Shown piece after piece: positions 35,365 to 45,491 of a stretch of 59,187 nucleotides of DNA. Below the pieces are notes generated by a model that saw nothing but the letters and a program-made list of their open reading frames with translations, was not told the DNA's origin and did not search any database. Numbering within the stretch: the stretch's first letter is position 1; each line of letters begins with the position of its first letter. The stretch is taken from positions 1 to 59,187 of IMG/VR virus record IMGVR_UViG_3300031565_000029; one strand, written 5' to 3'. This DNA is from a virus (lineage: Duplodnaviria > Caudoviricetes). Both the position numbers and the translations under genes were made by a program.

Positions 35365-36159
35365 ATGGCACAAAAAACGAAATTGGTTAAACGCCAGAAC
35401 ACTAAAAACCCGTTATTTTCGATAGTAATACCAATAAGAAACCGTTATGGCATCCAAGTGTGGAACTGTCTTAAAAGTCTTCAATTACAGACTTTACGCG
35501 AACTAGAAATAATAGTTGTTGACTATGGTTCCACAAAAGAAAACCATGAAAAACTAATGAATACTTTAAACTCCTTTGATTGTTCAGTTTTCTATTATGA
35601 AACAAAGGATTTATGGAGTTTAAGCGTCGCACGGAACATAGGAATTAGAAGAACACAAAGTAACTTCGTTGCAACCATTGACGTTGATTGTATCGTGGAA
35701 CCCACTGTCATAGAAGCAACATTAAAGCGGTTCCATCTTAATGAAAACTATTTTATTGTAAACCGCGTCTGTCACTGCCCCAAAGAACTAAACGTTCACT
35801 CTTTAGAATTACCAAACGACTTCAAACTACTTAGAAAAGAATGTAAATGCACTAAACGAGGCATCGGTGCCTATATTAGTGCTTCACGAGGTTGGTGGTT
35901 CAAGGTTAGAGGCTTCGATGAGCGAATAAGGGTATGGGGCACAGAGGATGATGACATTAAGAAAAGAGCTTTAGCCGATGGAAAAATAATGATTGTTTTG
36001 AGATTAGGCTCACCACCACTCTTTATTTACCATCAGTGGCACCCCCAGGTTGAACGAGGAAAAGATTTTGATTTATGGGAACAGAGAAACCTGAAAATTT
36101 TAAGAGATGATGATTCAATAGAACGGAACACTAAAAACTGGGGTTGTTTTAATGGTTAA
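35365..36159 (+). CDS. GT2 glycosyltransferase
   Basis: Paralog of 31871; DVD, GFDE...WG.EDDD. Confidence 0.85.
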   Translation: MAQKTKLVKRQNTKNPLFSIVIPIRNRYGIQVWNCLKSLQLQTLRELEIIVVDYGSTKENHEKLMNTLNSFDCSVFYYETKDLWSLSVARNIGIRRTQSNFVATIDVDCIVEPTVIEATLKRFHLNENYFIVNRVCHCPKELNVHSLELPNDFKLLRKECKCTKRGIGAYISASRGWWFKVRGFDERIRVWGTEDDDIKKRALADGKIMIVLRLGSPPLFIYHQWHPQVERGKDFDLWEQRNLKILRDDDSIERNTKNWGCFNG

Positions 36160-36970
36160 AGTGCAGACCCTTAGACAACAGGATTTTGATGTTCCCCCCG
36201 CGATCACTATAGTAATCCCTATTAAAGATAGGTGCGGCATCAGATTACAGAACTGTCTACGAAGCATCCAAGTACAGACACACAGAGATATGGAAACCAT
36301 TATCGTTGATTATGGTTCAACCCAGAAAAACCATGAACAACTATTACAAGACCTATCCCCCTTCGACTGTACTATCTACTATTACCCAACCACGAATATA
36401 TGGAGTCCCGCCGTCTCCAAGAACATAGGAATCCGCCGTGCCCGTGGAGAATATATCGCGACACTGGACGCAGACTGCATCCTGGAGCCCCACGTCCTCG
36501 AAGCCACGTTAAATCTACACACAGAGAAGGGAATGAACTATGTGGAAACCAAGATGGCGTTTCTTCCAGAAGGATTCGACATTAACAATTTAACGTTACC
36601 AGAAGACTTTGATAAATGCCGAAAAACGCATACTCTACGAAAGCAGGGTTTCGGTTCCTACCTCTCCGTACATAGATTATGGTGGTTTGGCATCCGAGGA
36701 TGCGATGAGAGAATGCAGGGGTGGGGTGGCAACGACGATGATATACGGGATCGAGTGCGTAGAAGTGGATATAAGCGAATGATATTAAGTCAATATAACC
36801 TACCCCAAACAATGATATTCCACCAGTGGCACACCCCAACACGGGCTGCCTTTGAACAAAAATATGGTGAACCATTTAAGGAGATGTGGCGTAGAAACGT
36901 GTCAATAATAAGAAACGATAAAACAACAGTTAGAAACAAGGATAACGATAATTGGGGGGTATTTGGTTGA
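36152..36970 (+). CDS. GT2 glycosyltransferase
   Basis: Paralog of 31871; DAD, G.DE...WGG.DDD. Confidence 0.85.
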   Translation: MVKVQTLRQQDFDVPPAITIVIPIKDRCGIRLQNCLRSIQVQTHRDMETIIVDYGSTQKNHEQLLQDLSPFDCTIYYYPTTNIWSPAVSKNIGIRRARGEYIATLDADCILEPHVLEATLNLHTEKGMNYVETKMAFLPEGFDINNLTLPEDFDKCRKTHTLRKQGFGSYLSVHRLWWFGIRGCDERMQGWGGNDDDIRDRVRRSGYKRMILSQYNLPQTMIFHQWHTPTRAAFEQKYGEPFKEMWRRNVSIIRNDKTTVRNKDNDNWGVFG

Positions 36971-38007
36971 AGAAGCCAATCTGGTATTTCAGTGTTATGG
37001 GTTCCAACCGTGGCGACAAAGCAATACGGGAGGCCGTTAAAACCCAACTAAGTAAACGGGTAGATGCCCCGATAGCGTTTTTCAGTTGCAAGACAGACCT
37101 ATTGGACATGAACCGTATCAACCAGTTAAACGAAGAAGGATCAATGCTGTTAATCGCGGGTTCCGGCCTCTATTCCAACTATGACTTGGAGAGCGGCTTC
37201 TATTTTAGGTGTAATCCAGACAACTTTAAACACATAAAAGTTCCTATAGTGCTACTCAGCATAGGAATGAATAACCATTTAGAGATGGACCGATTCGGCC
37301 CACTACAACCAGACACCCTTAAAAATATAAAGGAGTTAAACCAACTAGCCTCACACACATCGACAAGAGACCATAGGACACTAAGAATGTTGTATGACCT
37401 GGGTATTGAAAAAGCAGCCTTCGTACCCGATCCAGCCATGTTCTGCCCCAAAACCGCGTTTCCATTCCAACCAAAAAATACTCGTTTAGTTGGTTTAAGT
37501 ATCGCCCAACACGCAACCATGTTAAAACATCGGCGACAGAAGATAATTGAATTATTCATCGGAGTTTGCCACGCTCTAGATGCCCGAGGTTATACCCCCA
37601 TCTTCATCAGCCACGATGCCTTAGAACACAACATATATGAAGACTTGAAAGCACAATATCCGGCTCTTCTCTATTATAGCAATGACTCGCCAAGGGAGAT
37701 GATGTCTCTATATGAGAAATGCGAGTTCACTATAGGTGTTCGCTGTCACTCAAACATCATGAGCTTTGGTTCCTGTACACCATTCATCTGTTTAGCTTAT
37801 GACCAGAAACAAGTAGAGTTCTGCAAGATAGCCGGGGTCATCCCAATCCTGTTATCTAATAACCCGGAACTTGACCAGATACTATATTATGTTGATCGTC
37901 TTCAAGAAGACTTTATACTAACAAAAAGAGATATGTCTCGCCGTTGGCTCGATCTATATAAAATCTTTGCTACCTCGATGGATGAAATCGCGAGGTTGGT
38001 AAAATAG
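36967..38007 (+). CDS. Polysaccharide pyruvyl transferase family protein
   Basis: N.GD.AI, GSGL, S.RD..T, PDPA, IG.R.H..I......P...LAY..K. Confidence 0.85.
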   Translation: MKKPIWYFSVMGSNRGDKAIREAVKTQLSKRVDAPIAFFSCKTDLLDMNRINQLNEEGSMLLIAGSGLYSNYDLESGFYFRCNPDNFKHIKVPIVLLSIGMNNHLEMDRFGPLQPDTLKNIKELNQLASHTSTRDHRTLRMLYDLGIEKAAFVPDPAMFCPKTAFPFQPKNTRLVGLSIAQHATMLKHRRQKIIELFIGVCHALDARGYTPIFISHDALEHNIYEDLKAQYPALLYYSNDSPREMMSLYEKCEFTIGVRCHSNIMSFGSCTPFICLAYDQKQVEFCKIAGVIPILLSNNPELDQILYYVDRLQEDFILTKRDMSRRWLDLYKIFATSMDEIARLVK

Positions 38008-38826
38008 GTGGAAGTATATCATAATAAATCTTTCAAGGATTTAACCACCTTCAAGATAGGGGGACCAATAAACAACCTCTACTATCCTGCAACAACCAAG
38101 GAACTAGCAACCCTATTATCGACTCGCCACAAGTTTCACATCATAGGTGCTGGAAGCAAGATTCTGGCGGGGGATGGCCCATTTGAGAACGTTATCTGCA
38201 CCCAACGACTCAACCGACTTCACTTTAAAGGAAACACATTAAGAGTCGATGCCGGGGCATACGCCCCCACAATCTCCCTTGAATGTTCAAAACGGGGATT
38301 ATCTGGGACCGAGTTTCTCATAGACATTCCAGCCACCATTGGAGGTGCGGTGTTCATGAACGCGGGTTTCATGGGGCATGATATGAGCCAAACCTGTGCC
38401 TCAGTTGAATATGTATCCTTCAATGGAAAAATAAAGGAAACCACGGATATACGTTGGGCTCGTCGATGGTGCAGTCTTCAAGGGGTAGGTGTGATCACCT
38501 CAGTTACGTTGAATCTAACCCCCGAGGATACCGATAAAATAATGGCACGACTAGAAGAGTATCATAAAATACGGGCAACCTGTCAACCTCAAGGTATGGC
38601 GAGTGCGGGGGGTATATTCATCAACCACCGAGTCTTACCGGGTATCTTGAAGGGGTTGCCCTATTTAAGATATGGTGATGCTGAGATAGTGGAAAGGAGT
38701 CCGAACTTTATTGTTAACCACGGGTCGGCAACGTTTGGTGATGTTGTTCATCTAATTAATCTAATAGAGAAACACGCCCATGTTCTCGGGCTTTCCATGG
38801 ATAGAGAAATAAAAATCGTGGAGTGA
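38008..38826 (+). CDS. murB: MurB-like FAD-dependent enolpyruvyl reductase homolog
   Basis: TTFKIGG, G.GS, GLSG.EF...IP.TIGGA..MNAG, QP...SAG..F.N, NFIVN.G.AT, EI. Confidence 0.85.
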   Translation: MEVYHNKSFKDLTTFKIGGPINNLYYPATTKELATLLSTRHKFHIIGAGSKILAGDGPFENVICTQRLNRLHFKGNTLRVDAGAYAPTISLECSKRGLSGTEFLIDIPATIGGAVFMNAGFMGHDMSQTCASVEYVSFNGKIKETTDIRWARRWCSLQGVGVITSVTLNLTPEDTDKIMARLEEYHKIRATCQPQGMASAGGIFINHRVLPGILKGLPYLRYGDAEIVERSPNFIVNHGSATFGDVVHLINLIEKHAHVLGLSMDREIKIVE

Positions 38827-38833
38827 TAAGTTT

Positions 38834-39778
38834 ATGGGTTGGAGAGACATTCTTTTAACCGGAACTACCGGATTCATCGGAACCGAATTGCTTCCCAAAC
38901 TAAAAGAACGAGGATACCGCGTCTTCACCCTAGAACGATACGTCACTGGACGCATGGGAAAAATCAGGAACCCATCAGACGATCTATGGTTTGCCGACCT
39001 AAAAGACGTATTCAGCCTCACAAAAGTCATCCAAAAGATACAACCAGACATCGTAATCCATCTCGGGGCAATCACCTCAGTAGAGTATTCCTATCGGCAC
39101 CCTCAAGAGGTATTGGAAACCAACTTCCTTGGAACGGTGAACCTAGCAGAACTATGTCGTCGATACGTCCCTAACTTCCAGCAATTCATCTTCGCCAGCA
39201 CCGCCGAAGTCTACGGAGTATGTGAGGAACTTAACAAAAACGAAACGTTAACCGACCTCATCCCCAATAGCCCCTATTCCGTTAGCAAATATGCAAGCGA
39301 AAAATATCTTCACTATCTCCATAAAGCATACAACTTACCCATCACAATCTTCCGCATGTTCAACAGTTATGGACGCAAACGAGACAACTTCTTCGTAGTA
39401 GAGAAAACCATCGACCAGATGCTACACGAAGAAACCTGTTACCTCGGAGACCCTGAGCCTGTAAGAGACTTCCTTCACTACAAAGACCAATTAAACGCTT
39501 ATTTAGTGGCACTTGAAAACCCAGACGCGATAGGTGAAACATTTAACGTAAGTTCAGGGATTGGTGTATCAATTAAGGAGCTTGCAGATAAAGTTGCTGA
39601 GTTAACGGAGTTCAAAGGCGACGTTGTTTGGAGAAGTATGCCTCGGCGTCCACTTGATATAATGCATCTTGTGGGATCAAACGAGAAGATACACCGGGTT
39701 CTAGATGTACCTGACCCCGTGTCTCTTGACGAAGGATTAATGAAAACAATAGATTGGTGGCGAAACATTGAAGTTTGA
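38834..39778 (+). CDS. NAD-dependent NDP-sugar epimerase/dehydratase
   Basis: GTTGFIG, ST.EVYG, YSVSK (YxxxK), R.FN.YG, RDF. Confidence 0.92.
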   Translation: MGWRDILLTGTTGFIGTELLPKLKERGYRVFTLERYVTGRMGKIRNPSDDLWFADLKDVFSLTKVIQKIQPDIVIHLGAITSVEYSYRHPQEVLETNFLGTVNLAELCRRYVPNFQQFIFASTAEVYGVCEELNKNETLTDLIPNSPYSVSKYASEKYLHYLHKAYNLPITIFRMFNSYGRKRDNFFVVEKTIDQMLHEETCYLGDPEPVRDFLHYKDQLNAYLVALENPDAIGETFNVSSGIGVSIKELADKVAELTEFKGDVVWRSMPRRPLDIMHLVGSNEKIHRVLDVPDPVSLDEGLMKTIDWWRNIEV

Positions 39779-40148
39779 GAAAATTCATGGGGATAATCGT
39801 GGAGAAATCTATCTAGTTTTAGATGCTCTCCAAGAGGGACGAGAACTAACTCTTTTTACAACCAGAAAAGGATATGCCCGTGGCGGGTGTATCCATAAAA
39901 AAAGCGGTGAAAGCTGCGTTGTCATTAAAGGTGAAATCAAGTACTGGATAGGTGACAATGAACCGATTATTATGTCTCGTGGAGATACCTGTTATATTGA
40001 AGCTGGTGTGCCTCATTACTTTGTTGCGTTAACGGAGGAAACCGTTGTGATGGAGTGGGGTGCGCTGCCAGAGGAAAAGAAGGAAAAGTATCCACCATCA
40101 CGATTCATAGTCGATATCATCAACAAAAGAAGGAGTGGCGTAAGATGA
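39768..40148 (+). CDS. Cupin (sugar isomerase/epimerase-like)
   Basis: D.RG, RGG..H, G.PH cupin motifs. Confidence 0.75.
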   Translation: MKFEKIHGDNRGEIYLVLDALQEGRELTLFTTRKGYARGGCIHKKSGESCVVIKGEIKYWIGDNEPIIMSRGDTCYIEAGVPHYFVALTEETVVMEWGALPEEKKEKYPPSRFIVDIINKRRSGVR

Positions 40149-40681
40149 AGTTTAGAATAAAACAGCACCCAGATTCTGGACCATTCTCCTATGAATGGTA
40201 TAATAACCTATATGATAAAATAGATTACACTGACCAAATTGTACTAGACCTCGGGGCAGATTGGGGAAGAACACCCGATCTTTTCCTTCAAAAAGGAGCG
40301 AAAAAAGTTATAGCCGTAGAAGGCAAGAAAGAATGGTATGACCTTCTAGAGGAGAACTCGAAAATAATAGAAGGCATTATACCTATTTTCATGTGGCTAG
40401 AGAATCCCAGTGACATATCAAATCTTATTAAAAAATATAAACCAGACATCGTAAAGATCGCAACGCGGCCTTGGTGTTCATGTGAAAACTGGCTTCTAGA
40501 TATACCAGTAGATATAATTACATCGGTCTCTAAATATGTCTTATTGACTTCACAAAGGAAAGAACAAAAAGTAAAGATAGAGAAAATAGAAAACCTGTTT
40601 AGAAATCTTAGTTACGATGTAAACATAAAAATGCATCATGTTCCCGTTATAACAGCGGTTTCACAGAGAACAAAACTATGA
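40145..40681 (+). CDS. FkbM-like SAM methyltransferase
   Basis: VLDLGADWG...GAKKVIAVE. Confidence 0.7.
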   Translation: MKFRIKQHPDSGPFSYEWYNNLYDKIDYTDQIVLDLGADWGRTPDLFLQKGAKKVIAVEGKKEWYDLLEENSKIIEGIIPIFMWLENPSDISNLIKKYKPDIVKIATRPWCSCENWLLDIPVDIITSVSKYVLLTSQRKEQKVKIEKIENLFRNLSYDVNIKMHHVPVITAVSQRTKL

Positions 40682-41781
40682 TACCCCTATTTTCACCCTT
40701 CATCCCACCCGAAGCTGGAGACGCCGTAAAGCAAGTCATTGACTCAGGGTGGATAAACACAGGACCAAAAGAACAACTATTTAGAGAACGTTTACAGGAA
40801 AAATTTGGGTTCCCACATTGTGTGGCAACAAGTTCCTGCACAGGATCACTAAGAGCCTCATTAGCCACGTTAGGCATTACCTGTGGAGACGAAGTGATAA
40901 CGACACCGTGGACAATGATCGCTACAAACACCGTCATCTTGGAACAAGGCGCTACACCGATATTCGCCGACATTGAGTATGATACACTGAACATCGACCC
41001 AGAGGACGTTGTACGGAAGATAACGGATAAGACGAAAGCCATTATGTGCGTCCATTATGCGGGGGCACCCTGTAACTTAGATGCGTTAAGAAAAATAGCT
41101 AAGGATAATGACCTAACGCTTGTTGAGGACGCGGCACAGGCGTTAGGAGCCAAGTACCACAATAAATATGTTGGGGCAACAGGTAAACTAGTTAACTTCT
41201 CGTTTCAAGCCATAAAGACCATAACGTCAGGGGACGGAGGCGTAATAGCCACCGACAGCGAAAAACTCTACGAGGAACTTCAAACCCGCGTCTGGTTTGG
41301 CATCGACAAAAAGCGGAGACAGAAAACCGTGTTAGGTCCACTCCCTCACGATGTTGAGGTGCTTGGATTCAAATACAATATGAACGACATCGCCGCCGCC
41401 CTTGGCTTAGTTGGACTAGATCACTTTGATGAATCATTAGCAAAGCGTAAGGCAGTTGCACAGCATTACCGAGACGAACTTCAAAACCTTAATGATATAA
41501 CATTATTGAATTATCCCACTAACATAGAATCCGCATGCTGGATGTTCCCAATCCATGTGAAAAACCGGTTACAGTTCGCAGAGTATATGCGGCGTAACGG
41601 TGTAGAGGTAAGCGTCCACTATCCACGAAACGACGGCTACACGATATTCGGTGGCAAACAAGACCTTCCAGTAACTAAACAAGTGGATGCCGATATCATC
41701 CATATCCCGATACACGCCAACCTGTCAGAACAACAGGTGGCACAAGTCATAGATGTGGTGCGTGGTTGGCATGGTTATTAA
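40678..41781 (+). CDS. DegT/DnrJ/EryC1/StrS sugar aminotransferase
   Basis: SSCT..L, GDEVIT, VHYAG, EDAAQALG, FSFQAIKTITSGDGG. Confidence 0.93.
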   Translation: MIPLFSPFIPPEAGDAVKQVIDSGWINTGPKEQLFRERLQEKFGFPHCVATSSCTGSLRASLATLGITCGDEVITTPWTMIATNTVILEQGATPIFADIEYDTLNIDPEDVVRKITDKTKAIMCVHYAGAPCNLDALRKIAKDNDLTLVEDAAQALGAKYHNKYVGATGKLVNFSFQAIKTITSGDGGVIATDSEKLYEELQTRVWFGIDKKRRQKTVLGPLPHDVEVLGFKYNMNDIAAALGLVGLDHFDESLAKRKAVAQHYRDELQNLNDITLLNYPTNIESACWMFPIHVKNRLQFAEYMRRNGVEVSVHYPRNDGYTIFGGKQDLPVTKQVDADIIHIPIHANLSEQQVAQVIDVVRGWHGY

Positions 41782-42676
41782 AGTCTACAGCATAGCAAGC
41801 TGGGATGTCTGTGACCTCTACGGGGAACCCACCACCGAATATCAGCGACAACTAAGGTTCTCACCAGAAGGAGATGGGCGCTGGGGCAACATCCAGATCG
41901 TAGATAACTTTGACGAAGCCGACATTTACGTTCAGTTCTGGCCTGACAAGACGGGGCAACGGCACAAGTGTCCACCAGGAACAGTCATAAACTTGATGCG
42001 AGAGGCAACCCACTGTATTCCGAAGCCTAGTAGGATTGGACGCGAGACACTTTACAGTCGGTGGGTATCGATGGATCATAACCCGCAGGGCTGGTGGATC
42101 GGTAAAACCTATAAAGAACTAGCGTCAAACGACTTTCCACAAAAAACCAAGACGTTGTCCTATGTCACTTCGGGCAGACAGTTTCTACGAGGACATAAAC
42201 TACGCCTTCAGTTTACCACAAAGTTCGCACAGACTTATCCTGGTGTTCTAGACTTATATGGGAAAAACATTGGCGGCTACAACCTCGCTAGAATTAAGGG
42301 ATATAAGGGGAACGTTAAAGATAAGTGGGATGGGCTCGCACCGTATCGATACTCGTTCGCGTTTAACAATATCTACGAGAAAAACTATTTCGACGAAAAA
42401 CTGGGGGACGTCATATTGGCTGGGTGTACGCCCATCTTCTATGGGTGCCCTAACATCGGAGACTTCTTCCCAGAGGGGTCATACTATTATTTAGATATTA
42501 CCAAACCGGGAGCCGTAAAGGAAGCTTTTGATGTTATCAATAGTGATTATAGAGAAGAGAATCTCGACGCACTGAAGAAGGCTAAGGATTTATGGCTTAA
42601 CAAATACAGTCTTCAACCAACGGTTCATAAAATAGTGAATGAGTTAATAGAAGCAGGTAAACTAAACCTAAAGTAG
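41771..42676 (+). CDS. GT10 (fucosyltransferase)-like glycosyltransferase
   Basis: DK..GL.PYRYS.A..N....NYF.EKL.D....C.PI.YGCPNI. Confidence 0.75.
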   Translation: MVIKVYSIASWDVCDLYGEPTTEYQRQLRFSPEGDGRWGNIQIVDNFDEADIYVQFWPDKTGQRHKCPPGTVINLMREATHCIPKPSRIGRETLYSRWVSMDHNPQGWWIGKTYKELASNDFPQKTKTLSYVTSGRQFLRGHKLRLQFTTKFAQTYPGVLDLYGKNIGGYNLARIKGYKGNVKDKWDGLAPYRYSFAFNNIYEKNYFDEKLGDVILAGCTPIFYGCPNIGDFFPEGSYYYLDITKPGAVKEAFDVINSDYREENLDALKKAKDLWLNKYSLQPTVHKIVNELIEAGKLNLK

Positions 42677-42724
42677 ATTGTAATCCATAAGAGTGCCTAG
42701 AGAGGCACTAGGAGATGTAAAAAA

Positions 42725-43378
42725 ATGGCAGTTAGATACTGTTCGGCGTTCGATGTCGCAATCTTCGGTCAAGTTGAGTATCAGCAGATAGGCTTCGCAA
42801 GTCTCGCAGATTACACCAACTGGGTACACGGCACCCTCATATATAAAGCCATGGACTTCGTCGACAACTATTGCCGACACAACTTCCAAGACAACACGGG
42901 TACAATCTACGTCGACGGCAGATGTAGGGAAACCGTGCACGTAACATCCTCTGGCGTAGTGACGAGGTGGCCTGACTCATATCCCGAGTTCCCAATAGGG
43001 TTAATGCCCATCCCGCTTATGAGGGTCACGGGTATCAGCATCGACGGCGTCGCCCAGACACTTAGCAACTTCCGTAGCTATAACACCCATGTCGCCTATA
43101 GGTGGGGAGGGGCTTTCAACGAGGGGCGGCAGAACGTCATGATAACCGCTAGATTTGGGTATGGTACTGTTCCACATGATATACAATACGTTACGGCTCA
43201 GTTATGCAGTAACATGTTAGCGGACATGGTGAGGCGTCGAATGGTTGTCGACCTCGTTACACCCATCATGGAAGGCGGGGGAGATGTCGGCATATTATTC
43301 AGGTCTCCAAAGGTGTTGACGGAAAACGAAAAAAGTATTTTAAACAAATATAGATATCATTCAGCGGAGATAACATAG
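42725..43378 (+). CDS. Head-tail adaptor protein
   Basis: A...VD.YC...F, G.QNV.IT...GY..VP.DI pattern. Confidence 0.75.
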   Translation: MAVRYCSAFDVAIFGQVEYQQIGFASLADYTNWVHGTLIYKAMDFVDNYCRHNFQDNTGTIYVDGRCRETVHVTSSGVVTRWPDSYPEFPIGLMPIPLMRVTGISIDGVAQTLSNFRSYNTHVAYRWGGAFNEGRQNVMITARFGYGTVPHDIQYVTAQLCSNMLADMVRRRMVVDLVTPIMEGGGDVGILFRSPKVLTENEKSILNKYRYHSAEIT

Positions 43379-43888
43379 TTGGCGTACGTCACAATCCCGC
43401 AGGGAATACGGAACGCATTAGTCACTAACTGGTTATTAGCGGTTGGGTTGACTGATGTGAATCACATCAACTTCGACACGGGCTGGGTTGACCTAAAACA
43501 GTTACGCGCAACAAACATGACGGCGCAGGTGATCGTCAGCGGTCCCATAGCTGGGCCTATTAGATACTTCGGGCCTGACGTGAGTGCGTTGGGTGTCGTC
43601 GCTCCTGGGTTGCGGTTGTTAACCTATCATCGATACGTGGTTAACATCTGGGTGCCTATTCCGCCGGGTGATCTGCGTCTGGTTTGGGATGATTACGCGG
43701 AGGAGATACGTTTCGAGGTTATCAGAATCTTGAATGAGCAGCGTAGCGGCTTCTCGGCGGTTCCGCCTGGCTGCCCGGTGATAATGTTTGAGATACCGTT
43801 GGATGCTGGTCGCGCCCTTCATGAACTGGATGTGACGCCGAGGATTCTTCGTTACGAGATAACGTTCCAAGTGGACACCATGTCATAG
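43379..43888 (+). CDS. Tail terminator/neck protein (putative)
   Basis: Position after adaptor, size. Confidence 0.55.
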   Translation: MAYVTIPQGIRNALVTNWLLAVGLTDVNHINFDTGWVDLKQLRATNMTAQVIVSGPIAGPIRYFGPDVSALGVVAPGLRLLTYHRYVVNIWVPIPPGDLRLVWDDYAEEIRFEVIRILNEQRSGFSAVPPGCPVIMFEIPLDAGRALHELDVTPRILRYEITFQVDTMS

Positions 43889-43904
43889 TTTGTTAAGGGA
43901 TTAG

Positions 43905-44408
43905 ATGCAGAAAAGCTGCTGTATAGACATTGACGGTGTGTTAAATTGTTACCCCCAACCTTGGCTTCACTTTCTAAAGATTAGGGGTTATCCCTTTGAG
44001 AAAATAGGTGAAGCAAAGAGGGGTTTATCCTACGAAGATTATAACAACCTAAAAACCCTGTATAGACACAGCCTAGAGAAACGATACCAACAACCCCGAA
44101 AAGGCGCAACAGAGTTCACAGCAAAACTCACAGACATGGGATACCATATCATCCTAAAGACAAGCCGCCCCATCCAAGAACACCCCCACCTCATCGACTG
44201 GACACAAGACTGGCTAAAAGAACACGGCTTCACATACAACGAAACCATGTTCAACCGCCACCACCCCACCCAAATCCCCGACACACACCCAAACCTAGAA
44301 TTCATAGTAGACGACGACCAAGACACAATCATCCTCTTCCAGAAACTAGGCATACAGACCTTCCTATTTGACGACAACTTCGACAAGATATTGGAGGCAC
44401 TAAGATGA
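43905..44408 (+). CDS. HAD-family phosphatase (5'-nucleotidase-like)
   Basis: IDIDGVL, TSRP, T..WL, IVDD. Confidence 0.8.
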   Translation: MQKSCCIDIDGVLNCYPQPWLHFLKIRGYPFEKIGEAKRGLSYEDYNNLKTLYRHSLEKRYQQPRKGATEFTAKLTDMGYHIILKTSRPIQEHPHLIDWTQDWLKEHGFTYNETMFNRHHPTQIPDTHPNLEFIVDDDQDTIILFQKLGIQTFLFDDNFDKILEALR

Positions 44409-45193
44409 AAGTGGCAACAATCATATCACACCGCAACCGACCCAAACTCGCCGACCACCTAGCTTACCGAATGGAAAAATTAACCCAAGTAGCACAAGTA
44501 GAAAACCACGTCCTAATCGTCGACTGTGGAAGCGACCCCAACAAACGGACCCGCCACCCAAGTTATTGGTATCCCGACCCAGAGTTTAAACTAGGAAAAA
44601 TATATGGCCACGTCATCGGCATTGAACTACTAGGCACGGACTATGACTATTATTGGCTCAACCACCCAGACCTAATATTCAACGATAATGAAACCCTGAA
44701 AACCTTGTTACGGGTGATGAACGAAAACAAGGACATAGGTCTATTAAGCCCACAATGTAACGGAACATACTCTGGAAAAGATGAACGCGGAGATAACCTA
44801 GACTGGCACCCAGTCGCCTGTGTGGACTACCTCAGCCTCCTCATCCGAGGCAAAGCACTACGAGAAGTGGGGACACTTGACCCCGATTTTCGATACTGTG
44901 TGGGGGCTGACCTTGACTACGGGTATCGGATGTGGGCGCGGGGTTGGAAGGTGGGTTACTGTGACGCTGTGGAGATGTATCATCTTGGGGGAACCACCTA
45001 CGGTGCCCCTGGGACGAACACTATAAGTAGAAAACAATATGAAACCCGTAGTGGCGTAGTCGCGTTTGAATTGTTGAAGCAGAAATACGGGGAACGATGG
45101 GGAGAACATATGAACCAAATCATGCCTGAAACCATACTGGGAAACCAGATTATGTATTGTTGGCGTGGAAGACAGAAAGTGAAACCAGAGTAA
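44405..45193 (+). CDS. GT2 glycosyltransferase
   Basis: VDCGS, NHPD, VG.LD..F....D.DY..R...GW. Confidence 0.8.
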   Translation: MKVATIISHRNRPKLADHLAYRMEKLTQVAQVENHVLIVDCGSDPNKRTRHPSYWYPDPEFKLGKIYGHVIGIELLGTDYDYYWLNHPDLIFNDNETLKTLLRVMNENKDIGLLSPQCNGTYSGKDERGDNLDWHPVACVDYLSLLIRGKALREVGTLDPDFRYCVGADLDYGYRMWARGWKVGYCDAVEMYHLGGTTYGAPGTNTISRKQYETRSGVVAFELLKQKYGERWGEHMNQIMPETILGNQIMYCWRGRQKVKPE

Positions 45194-45199
45194 CGAAAA

Positions 45200-45222
45200 T
45201 CATAGTTTGAGGTGAACTAAGA
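45200..45222. repeat. Dyad site TCATAGTT TGAGGTG AACTAAGA
   Basis: Matches consensus; left arm TCATAGTTTG repeated at 43883. Confidence 0.75.
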
Positions 45223-45224
45223 GA

Positions 45225-45491
45225 ATGGGAGAAATAGTTTTGGAGAAAATACGCAGATACACCTTCGACGAGTTGAAGGAAGAAATGAGTGAAGAGGACA
45301 CACTGTTCTCAGGGACAGGTGCCTTCGTCATAGGCATGACGTGGATAGACTATCAGCGCCTCAAGAAACAGCTTGAGGAGATGCCGGAGTTCCGCGTCAT
45401 CTATAAGACGTTCAGCACCGCACACCTTCGGATCGTTAAGAAGGAACAGTACGAAGAATTCCAGAAATGGCGAGGTGAAATACGTGAGTAA
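45225..45491 (+). CDS. Hypothetical protein
   Basis: GAGGTGA RBS. Confidence 0.65.
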   Translation: MGEIVLEKIRRYTFDELKEEMSEEDTLFSGTGAFVIGMTWIDYQRLKKQLEEMPEFRVIYKTFSTAHLRIVKKEQYEEFQKWRGEIRE

